From NCBI GenBank assembly GCA_963763775.1, contig CAVXPZ010000001.1:736001-800000 (forward strand): 64,000 nt of DNA. Reading direction: 5' to 3'. Numbering within the stretch: the first letter of the stretch is position 1; every line of letters begins with the position of its first letter. Under the pieces are notes generated by a model. It had not been told where the DNA came from, ran no database searches, and was given only the letters and a program-made list of their open reading frames with translations. The stretch comes from an uncultured Chloroflexia bacterium. GTDB taxonomy: Bacteria; Chloroflexota; Limnocylindria; Limnocylindrales; CSP1-4. Positions 42,347-50,002 of this stretch are shown piece after piece. Both the position numbers and the translations under genes were made by a program.

Positions 42347-43305
42347 TCGAGTGTCTCCTTGCTGGTCTCGATCGTCTGGGTCGGCGTGAATCGGCGCTTG
42401 AGCGCCTCCGTATCGATGCCGGTCCGCGCCACGTCCATCGCCATGGCGACCATCCACACGGCGTACCCGACCGTGATGCCGATGCCGGCGGCGACCTGCG
42501 GGTTGAAGGTGATGGCCGTGAAGGCCCCGAGCGCGGCGCCGAGCAGCGTCAGGCCGAGGACGATGCCCACGCGCGTCCCGGCACTGGCCGGACGGCGTGC
42601 GGCGAGGATGATCCCGGCGATCAGGCCGATGAGGCCGATGAGGACCGCGCCCGCGATGAGCGGCGCCGACGCCGGATCGACGGCCACGCCGGTGGCCTCG
42701 CGGACGGCGGCGTACAGGCGGTTCGGCAGGTTGAACCCCAGGACGAGGCCGACGACCACCCCGGCGACGACGCCGATCGCGAACGCGCGGACGAGGCGGC
42801 GCGCCGAGATCCCCAGGGCGACGAAGACGCAGGTCATCGCGACGGCCAGGCTGGCCTCCATGCCGTTCACGATCCCCCAGCCCATCGACCCCAGGAGCCA
42901 TTCACCGAGGAACAATGAGGTACCGAGGACGAAGAGCGTGACAGCACCGATCGCCAGGACGATCGCGATCGCGACCAGGGCGGCGGCCTGCGCGACCTGA
43001 CCACCGATCTCCGAGGCCTCGGCCTTGGCGAGGTCGATGTGGGCGACCACCAGCCGCACGGCCGCGTCGCGAGTCTTGCCGAACTGCTCGCGGAGGCCGG
43101 GGCGCTTGGACTTGGGACCCTTCGGGCCGCCGCCCCCGGGCGGGGTGCCGGGACGAGCTCCGGGAGGCGGGCCCGGAGGCTCGCCGCTGCCGCTGCCCGC
43201 GCTGCCCGCGCTCCCCGCGCGACCTGGGGGCGTGCCCGAGTCACCGGTGGATGCGCCCGGCGGCGTGCCGGGACTGCCCGACGCGCTCGGCGGCGTGCTC
43301 GGCAT
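42310..43305 (-). CDS. Holin-X/YqjE-like membrane protein with extra TMs and Pro/Gly-rich N-terminus
   Basis: LVVAHIDLAKAE...TMs...PTQTIETSKETLEWL; start uncertain. Confidence 0.6.
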   Translation of the reverse strand: MPSTPPSASGSPGTPPGASTGDSGTPPGRAGSAGSAGSGSGEPPGPPPGARPGTPPGGGGPKGPKSKRPGLREQFGKTRDAAVRLVVAHIDLAKAEASEIGGQVAQAAALVAIAIVLAIGAVTLFVLGTSLFLGEWLLGSMGWGIVNGMEASLAVAMTCVFVALGISARRLVRAFAIGVVAGVVVGLVLGFNLPNRLYAAVREATGVAVDPASAPLIAGAVLIGLIGLIAGIILAARRPASAGTRVGIVLGLTLLGAALGAFTAITFNPQVAAGIGITVGYAVWMVAMAMDVARTGIDTEALKRRFTPTQTIETSKETLEWLQRRMPPGIG

Positions 43306-43540
43306 GCCTGCGTCGACAGGGCCCTTCGTCGTCGGGTCGGGGTCGGGCGTGGGGTCCGGTCCGGGGACGCCGGCCGCGGGGTCCGGGTTCGGATCGCCGG
43401 GCGGGTTCGGGTCGGGGGTCGGGTCGTCCAGGGCGGTGGCTCCGGTGGCGGGCGAGTCTCGCGGGGTTGACTCGATGATAGCAGCGCACCGGTCCCCTTC
43501 CGAGGTCGCACGAAGCGGATGCGTTCGCTACGCTCCCTCG

Positions 43541-44836
43541 ATGGCCGATGTCCCCGACGATGGCGCGACGCGACCCCGCCGCATCCTGAGCGCGACGCTC
43601 GTGAGTGTCGGGAGTGAGCTCACGGTCGGCGACACGCGCGATACCAACTCCGGCGAGCTCGCGAGGGCCTTGACGGCGCGCGGCGTGGCGATCCGCCGGA
43701 TCACGGCCTTGCCCGACCACCTTGGCGACGTCCGCGACGCGTTCGTCGACGGGCTGGCCCGCGCGGACCTCGTGATCTCGACCGGCGGGCTCGGCCCGAC
43801 GCCCGACGACCTGACGCGTGAGGCCATCGCCGCGGCGTGCGGCGAGACGCCGACCGTCGACCCTTCCCTGGAAGCCTGGCTCCGGGACATCTGGCGGCGG
43901 CGCGACCTGCCGTTCCCGGAGATCAACCTCAAGCAGGCATGGCGCATCCCCGCCGCGGAGGCGCTCCCGAACCCGAACGGGACCGCTCCCGGGTGGTTCG
44001 TCCGGCGCCCGGACGGCCGGGTGATCGTCGCACTGCCCGGTCCGCCGCGGGAGATGCGGCCGATGTGGTCCGAGCACGTGCTGCCGCGCCTCGAGGCGAT
44101 GGGGCTGGGGGCCGAGACCGCCACACGCACGTACCGGCTGTCGGGGATCGGCGAGTCCCAGGTCGCGGATCTCCTCGGCGACGCCTTCCTCCGCCGCACG
44201 AACCCCGTCGTCGCGACGTATGCCCGGGCGGAGGCCGTCGACGTGCGGATCTCGGCAGTGCGCGACGAGTCGGCCGCGGCCGAAGACCTGGTCGAGGCGG
44301 CTGCGACGACCGTGCTCGACGCCCTCGGCTCGTTCGTCTGGGCGACCGGCGAGACGACATGGTCGCAGGCGATCGGCGCGCGGCTGGAGTCGCTCGGCTG
44401 GACGCTCTCGATCGTGGAGATCGGCACGGCCGGGCAGGTGGCCGCCCTGCTCGGGGACGTGCCGTGGCTCCGCTTCGACGAGACGCTCGCCGCGGGTTCG
44501 CCGGCCGCGACCGTGCACGGGGCCACGGGCGCGACGAGCCTCGACGATCCGGAGAGCGAAGCCGCCCTCGAGGCCTTCGCACGCCGCGGCCGTGACCTGG
44601 GAGGGAGCGAGGTCGGCGTCGCCGTCCGGGCGATGCCCCGGACCGGCGACACGGTGGTCTCGGTGGCCGTGGTGACCCCGACCTCGACCAGCCATCAGCG
44701 GAGGCTCGTCTTCCTGGACGGCGCCAACGGTCGGACGCGTTCCGCGCTGACGACCGCGATGATCCTGTTCGAGGTGCTCGGGACCGGCGGGATCCCGGCC
44801 GACGGCCCGTCCGAGGGCCCGACAGGGGCGACCTAG
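43541..44836 (+). CDS. cinA: Competence/damage-inducible protein CinA-like (MoCF domain plus degenerate PncC domain)
   Basis: VGSELTVG...DTN, TGGLGPTPDDLTRE, NPNGTAPG, LPGPPREM, GIGES. Confidence 0.85.
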   Translation: MADVPDDGATRPRRILSATLVSVGSELTVGDTRDTNSGELARALTARGVAIRRITALPDHLGDVRDAFVDGLARADLVISTGGLGPTPDDLTREAIAAACGETPTVDPSLEAWLRDIWRRRDLPFPEINLKQAWRIPAAEALPNPNGTAPGWFVRRPDGRVIVALPGPPREMRPMWSEHVLPRLEAMGLGAETATRTYRLSGIGESQVADLLGDAFLRRTNPVVATYARAEAVDVRISAVRDESAAAEDLVEAAATTVLDALGSFVWATGETTWSQAIGARLESLGWTLSIVEIGTAGQVAALLGDVPWLRFDETLAAGSPAATVHGATGATSLDDPESEAALEAFARRGRDLGGSEVGVAVRAMPRTGDTVVSVAVVTPTSTSHQRRLVFLDGANGRTRSALTTAMILFEVLGTGGIPADGPSEGPTGAT

Positions 44837-45528
44837 CGGCGGGAGGCCCGGGCGAGGCCGTCGATGTCGGTGACCACGATCGCGTCGCGCTCGAGGCGCA
44901 GGTAGCCGTCGCTGGTGAACTGGCCGAGCAGCTTGTTCACGCTCTGCCGCGTGCTGCCCACCATCGCGGCGAGGTCGCCTTGCGTGAGCGAGGTGCGAAG
45001 GCGGATGGCGCCGTCGTCGAGGGCCGTCCCGCCGTCGGCCATGCGGACGAGGCAGGCCGCGAGGCGCCCGGTGATGTCGAGGAAGTGCAGCTCCTCGACC
45101 TGCGTCGTCAGCCGCCGGAGCTCGCCGGCCAATGAGGCGAGCAGCGCGTCGCGGACGACCGGCTCCTCGGCGATGAGCTCACGGAACCTCGCCCGGGGGA
45201 GGACGACCGCCTCCACGACCCCGAGGGCGGTCGCCGTGGCGGAGCGGGGCGCGCCGTCGAGGAGCGCGAGCTCGCCGAAGACGTCCCCTTGCTGGAGACG
45301 CACGAGGATGGCCTCGTCGCCGCTCTCGGACGGGAGGGAGATCTTCACCTCGCCGGCCACGATGATGAAGAGCGCGTCCCCCGGGTCGCCAAGGTGGAAG
45401 ATCACCTCGCCACGCCGGAAGCGGCGGCTCCGCATGCCGGCCGCGACGCGTTCGAGGGCGTCCGCGCCGAGTCCCGAGAAGAACGGGATCGACGCGAGGG
45501 ATTCGGCGAGACGATGGTCGACGGACAT
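44833..45528 (-). CDS. Crp/Fnr family transcriptional regulator (cNMP-binding)
   Basis: IFHLGDPGD, FGELALLDGAPRSATA phosphate-binding cassette, LTQGDLAAMVGSTRQSVNK HTH. Confidence 0.92.
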   Translation of the reverse strand: MSVDHRLAESLASIPFFSGLGADALERVAAGMRSRRFRRGEVIFHLGDPGDALFIIVAGEVKISLPSESGDEAILVRLQQGDVFGELALLDGAPRSATATALGVVEAVVLPRARFRELIAEEPVVRDALLASLAGELRRLTTQVEELHFLDITGRLAACLVRMADGGTALDDGAIRLRTSLTQGDLAAMVGSTRQSVNKLLGQFTSDGYLRLERDAIVVTDIDGLARASRR

Positions 45529-45529
45529 C

Positions 45530-45641
45530 GCCGCCCATCCTAGCCGCTCGACCCGGCTCGAACGATGCTGTCCGCGGGCCGACAGGCTCCACGTCGGTCC
45601 GGCGTCGCCAGGCACCCATCGTCCCGAGTAGGATGGGCGGC
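45530..45641. promoter_or_regulatory. Mirror-image divergent leaderless promoters (13-bp inverted repeat)
   Basis: GCCGCCCATCCTA (45530-45542) and TAGGATGGGCGGC (45629-45641); each TAGGAT lies 8 nt before an ATG. Confidence 0.6.
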
Positions 45642-45642
45642 C

Positions 45643-46497
45643 ATGACCCCTCCGACGTCCGCCGGACGCCTGCGACTGACCGTGCTCGGCTGCAGCACGG
45701 CGGCCCCGCACGAGGACTGGCCGGCCGCCGGGTTCCTCGTGGACTGGGGCGGGACGACCATCATGCTCGACGCGGGACAAGGGACCATCCGACGCCTCCA
45801 GCGGCTGATGGACCCCACGCACCTCGACGCCCTGGTGGTCGGACACATGCACGCCGACCACTACCTCGATGTCGTCGGCCTGCGCTATCTCTTCCCCTGG
45901 GGCGAGGCCGCGCCTCGAGCCTTGCCCGTCCACCTGCCACCGGGTGGACGAACCCGACTCGATGCGCTCGCCACGGCCATCTCGGAGCGTGAGCGGTTCT
46001 TCGATGCCGCCTTCGACGCCGTCGAGTACGACCCGGAGCGCCCGCTCGCCATCGGGCCGCTCACGATCCGGTTCGTCCGCGGTCGCCACTACGTGCCCGC
46101 CTGGGGGGTCGTCATCGAGGCACCCGACGGCAGCCGGCTCGCGTACACCGGCGATACCGGCCCGAGCGACTCGGTGGTCGAGGCGATGCGTGATGCGGAT
46201 CTGCTGCTCATCGAGGCCGCCCTCCGCCTGCCGAGCCACGACGATCCCGAGCGCGGCCACCTCACCGCCGAGGAGGCGATCGACATGGCGACGCGCTCCG
46301 GCGCCCGGTCCGCCCTGCTCGTGCACTACGCCCCGGCTCGACGGCACGAGTTCGAGACCCTGTGCCAGGCGGCGGGCCCGTGGATCAAGCCGGCCGTCGC
46401 CGGCCTCACGGTCACGGTCAGCCGGCCGGCGATCGACGACCGGGCGGCCTACGAGGCGCGGACCCCCTCGAGCGCGGCCGCAGCCCGCGAGCGGTAG
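45643..46497 (+). CDS. MBL-fold metallohydrolase, probable cyclic-nucleotide phosphodiesterase
   Basis: LTVLGCS..P...PAAGFLV, LDAG.G, HMHADH, H, YTGDTG, GHLT, LVH. Confidence 0.8.
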   Translation: MTPPTSAGRLRLTVLGCSTAAPHEDWPAAGFLVDWGGTTIMLDAGQGTIRRLQRLMDPTHLDALVVGHMHADHYLDVVGLRYLFPWGEAAPRALPVHLPPGGRTRLDALATAISERERFFDAAFDAVEYDPERPLAIGPLTIRFVRGRHYVPAWGVVIEAPDGSRLAYTGDTGPSDSVVEAMRDADLLLIEAALRLPSHDDPERGHLTAEEAIDMATRSGARSALLVHYAPARRHEFETLCQAAGPWIKPAVAGLTVTVSRPAIDDRAAYEARTPSSAAAARER

Positions 46498-48560
46498 TCC
46501 GCCGCCGTCACCGGGTCCCCGGACAGCTCCGCGGCCGTGCGCCAGAACGCGGCCGCCTCCGACGCGGCCCCCATGGCCAGCGCGGCCGCGCCTGCCTCGT
46601 CCAGCAGGGGGATCGCCCGCGCCGAGTCCCCGGATGCCGCGCGGTGGACCGCGATGAGGGTGATCTTGGTCGGGTCCCCGGATGCCTCGAGCTGGTCCGC
46701 GAGCGCGGCATGGAGCTGCCGTCGGCGCGACGTGAGCAGGCCCGCGTAGGCCGCATCGTGGATGAGCGGGTGCCCGAACCGCCAGCCGTCGTCGTCCCCG
46801 GGCAGGATCAACCCGGCGTCCACGAGGCGGTCGATCGTCCCGGCGTCGATCGCGGCGCCCATGAGCCCTTCGACCGACGTCTCGCTGAAGGCCATGCCGA
46901 CGACCGACGCGACGCCGATGGTCGTACGGGCGTCGGGCGGCAGCGCGTCGATCCGGGCGCCGAGCACGGCCCGGAGCGTCAACGGCACCGTGGTGATGGG
47001 GACGTCCGCGAGCGTCACGCGGCCGTCGTGCCAGGCGAGCGTGCCGTCGTCCAGATACGCGAGGACGGTTTCCGTGACGAACAACGGATTGCCCGCCGTG
47101 CGCTCGTGGATCCGGCGGGCGTCGTCGGCATCGACCGCGGCGCGCGCGACCTCCGTCGCGAGTTGCGCGGTCTCGGGCATCGCCAGCCCGCCGAGGCTGA
47201 TCCGTTCGACCCACGGCAGGTCGGCCCAGTACGGGGCGGGGCCGGGGCGCATCCCCGCGAGCACGACCAGTGGTCGCCGCGCGGTCCGGTCGACGAGGAT
47301 CTCGACGAGCCCGACACTCGAGGGATCCATCCAGTGCAGGTCGTCGATGACCACGACCCGTGGTCCGGCCGTCTCCGCGATCCGGTCGATGTAGCGGCCG
47401 GCGACCTCGATGAGGGCCACGATCACCGCGCTCGGGTCCGCCGGGGTGTGGAACGCCTCCGCCTCCCAGCCGCTGAAGGCGGCATCGCGGGCGATCGCCG
47501 CCACCGCACCGCCGAATCGACGTGCATCCTCTTCGCTGGTGTCGGGCGTGAACAGCATCTGTCGGGCGAAGCTGCCCGAGTCCATCTCGTGCTCGTCGGC
47601 CACGATCTGGGCGAACAAGCGGGCGAACCGGTACGGCTCCGACTGGCCGTACGACGTGTTCTCGGTCCACGTCCAGCCGAACCCGCGCTGGCGCACGTCG
47701 GCCTCGACCTCGGCGAGCAGTCGGGTCTTCCCGATCCCGGCTTCGCCCACCACCAGGATGACCCCGCCCGTCCCGCTGTCGGCGAGGCGGTCGAGCATCG
47801 CCCCGATCCGGTCGAGTTCCGCGGCCCGGCCGATGAGGCGTCCCGGCGACCGCGGTCGAGGCAGGCCGTACCCGCCGAGGCCCAGCTCGCCCCCGAGGGC
47901 GTGGATCGCGACCGCCTCGGACTGGCCGCGCAGGACGACGGAGCCGCGGTCGGCGACCACGAGTCGTCCACGGGCCGCCGACAGCGTCGCCGCGTCGAGG
48001 AGGATCTCGCCGGGCCGCGCCAGCGACTGGATGCGCGCGGCCGTCGTGATCGCCCCGCCGGTCAACGCGAGGTCGTCAGGCGTCGATGTCGACCGCCGGG
48101 TGGTGACGACCTCGCCGGTCGCGATGCCGATCCGGACCTCGAGGGGCTCGCCGTCGTCGTGGATGTCCGCCAGGGCCGAGCGGATCCCGAGCCCGGCGAG
48201 GGCGGCGCGGATGGCATCGTCGTCGTGGGCCTGCGGCCACCCGAACACGGCGAAGACCGCGTCGCCGATGAACTTCTCGCGGGTGCCCCCGAACCGCTCG
48301 ATGACGTCGGCCATCGCGCTGAGGGCGACTCGGACGCGCTGCCGGACATCCTCCGGGTCGTGCTCGGCCACCATCCGCACATACCCGACGAGGTCGGCGA
48401 ACAGCGCGGTGACGACCCGCCGGTCGCCGGCCTCGCCCGGGTCAGCCGCGGCACGCCCCGTCCCCGCGGCCGGGACCGGGGATCCGCAGCGGTCGCAGAA
48501 TCGCGCACCGTTCGCGGCATCGGCGCCGCAGGCGTCGCATCGCATCGCGGGGCTGGGCAA
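46449..48560 (-). CDS. Class III adenylate/guanylate cyclase with N-terminal double zinc ribbon and AAA/STAND ATPase domain
   Basis: CDAC..FCDRCG; LFADLVG, EKFIGDAV, RIGIATG, AARIQ; GEAGIGKT, DDLHWMD, GNPLF, FGHPLIHDAAY. Confidence 0.9.
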   Translation of the reverse strand: MPSPAMRCDACGADAANGARFCDRCGSPVPAAGTGRAAADPGEAGDRRVVTALFADLVGYVRMVAEHDPEDVRQRVRVALSAMADVIERFGGTREKFIGDAVFAVFGWPQAHDDDAIRAALAGLGIRSALADIHDDGEPLEVRIGIATGEVVTTRRSTSTPDDLALTGGAITTAARIQSLARPGEILLDAATLSAARGRLVVADRGSVVLRGQSEAVAIHALGGELGLGGYGLPRPRSPGRLIGRAAELDRIGAMLDRLADSGTGGVILVVGEAGIGKTRLLAEVEADVRQRGFGWTWTENTSYGQSEPYRFARLFAQIVADEHEMDSGSFARQMLFTPDTSEEDARRFGGAVAAIARDAAFSGWEAEAFHTPADPSAVIVALIEVAGRYIDRIAETAGPRVVVIDDLHWMDPSSVGLVEILVDRTARRPLVVLAGMRPGPAPYWADLPWVERISLGGLAMPETAQLATEVARAAVDADDARRIHERTAGNPLFVTETVLAYLDDGTLAWHDGRVTLADVPITTVPLTLRAVLGARIDALPPDARTTIGVASVVGMAFSETSVEGLMGAAIDAGTIDRLVDAGLILPGDDDGWRFGHPLIHDAAYAGLLTSRRRQLHAALADQLEASGDPTKITLIAVHRAASGDSARAIPLLDEAGAAALAMGAASEAAAFWRTAAELSGDPVTAADYRSRAAAALEGVRAS

Positions 48561-48646
48561 CCTCCGTCTGTCGCACGCTCGGTGCGCGACAGTCTAGGTC
48601 CCGCCGGCGAGTGTCAAGCGGCCGTCCCGGGGACGGCCGGGCGTGG

Positions 48647-49726
48647 TCAGGAAACGGTGAGGATCGGGCGGTCGGCCGCCTGGGCGGCGCGGACGCTCAT
48701 GCGGGCCGCGACCGCACCGGCGACCGCGGTCAGGGCGCGCGCGGCCGGACCGGGCTCGCGCTGCGCGACCGCCGGGACGCCGACGTCGCCACCCTGGCGG
48801 ACCGTGATGTCGAGCGGGACCCCGCCCAGGAACTCGATCCCGTGCTCCGCGGCGAACCGCTCGCCGCCACCGCGGCCGAAGATCTCGGTCAGCTCGCCGC
48901 AGTGCGGGCACGCGAACGCCGTCATGTTCTCCACGAGCCCGAGGACCGGGACGCTCATCCGCTTGAACATCGCGAGCGCCTTGGCGACGTCCGAGAGGGC
49001 GACCTCCTGGGGCGTCGTCACCAGCACCGCTCCCGAGATCGGCACAGCCTGCGCGAGCGTGAGCTGCGCGTCGGAGGTGCCGGGCGGGAGGTCGATGACC
49101 AGGTAGTCGAGCTCGCCCCAGTCGACATCGCGGAGGAACTGCTGGATGGCCCCGCCGATGAGCGGACCGCGCCACACGATCGGCTGGCCCTCCGGGACGA
49201 AGAACTGGATCGAGATCGTCTTGACGCCGTGCCGCTCGAGCGGGGCGATCTTGTTCGCCTCGGTCGCCTTCGGCTGCCCGTCGATGCCCATCATCATCGG
49301 GATGTTCGGACCCGTGATGTCCGCATCGAGGAGGCCGACCGAGGCGCCCGCCTGCGCGAGGGCGACCGCGAGGTTGACGCTGACGGTGCTCTTCCCGACG
49401 CCACCCTTGCCCGAGGCCACGGCCAGGACGTTCTTGACCCCCGGCAGCAGCTGCTCCGCCTGGCGCGGCTGCGCCCGCCGGACCATCGCGCCCCACGTGA
49501 TGTCGATCCGTTCCGCGCCGATCCCGCCGAGGACGGCCCGCGCGTTGCCCTCGATCTCATCCTTGAGCGGGCAGGCGGGCGTCGTCAGCTCGATGGTGAA
49601 GGCGATGGCGGTGCCGTCGATGGCCACGTCCTTGACCATGTCGAGGGTGACGATGTCGCGTCCGAGCTCGGGCTCCTGGACGGCGCGGAGCGCCTCGATG
49701 ACGTCGTGCTCGGTGAGGGTGGGCAT
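48647..49726 (-). CDS. mrp: Mrp/ApbC (NBP35 family) Fe-S cluster carrier ATPase
   Basis: N-terminal DUF59 (EPEL, TTPACP), SGKGGVGKST, WRGP, DLPPGT, CPHC. Confidence 0.93.
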   Translation of the reverse strand: MPTLTEHDVIEALRAVQEPELGRDIVTLDMVKDVAIDGTAIAFTIELTTPACPLKDEIEGNARAVLGGIGAERIDITWGAMVRRAQPRQAEQLLPGVKNVLAVASGKGGVGKSTVSVNLAVALAQAGASVGLLDADITGPNIPMMMGIDGQPKATEANKIAPLERHGVKTISIQFFVPEGQPIVWRGPLIGGAIQQFLRDVDWGELDYLVIDLPPGTSDAQLTLAQAVPISGAVLVTTPQEVALSDVAKALAMFKRMSVPVLGLVENMTAFACPHCGELTEIFGRGGGERFAAEHGIEFLGGVPLDITVRQGGDVGVPAVAQREPGPAARALTAVAGAVAARMSVRAAQAADRPILTVS

Positions 49727-49891
49727 CGGTGGTGGGTCCCTTCGCGGCGTGGTCGTGGGCCGTTCTGACGGTCGAAGCGTCGATATCCTACCGCGCCGCC
49801 CGGAACCGGCCCGCGAAGGCCCGCTGTCGGCCGCCCGACGGCGGCCGACCAGGCCGACGCCGACCCACGAACTTCGTCGCACCCGACCGCT

Positions 49892-49966
49892 GATTCGTAC
49901 GAATCTCGCAGAACGTGCGCGGCGACGCGCGTTCGATTGACACGCTGCCACGCGCAACCCTATCCT
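49892..49966 (+). promoter_or_regulatory. Sigma70-type promoter of the pot operon with upstream palindromic operator
   Basis: TTGACA (49937)-N18-TATCCT (49961); perfect palindrome GATTCGTACGAATC at 49892-49905. Confidence 0.65.
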
Positions 49967-50002
49967 CGCGCCCATCCGACCCCCCTAGGAGTGCCTGCGA
50001 CC

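Noticed and set aside
41637-43305. Prophage or island at tRNA-Leu (holin-like gene adjacent)
   Set aside because: No integrase, phage structural genes or duplicated tRNA 3' end; tRNA-Leu-tig-clpP-clpX is a standard arrangement.
44833-48560. Pycsar-like anti-phage system (cyclase + cNMP-binding protein + MBL)
   Set aside because: The cNMP domain is attached to an HTH rather than a TM/TIR effector, the cyclase has the ATP-specifying Lys, and the context is housekeeping with host-like composition. Kept as a signalling module instead.
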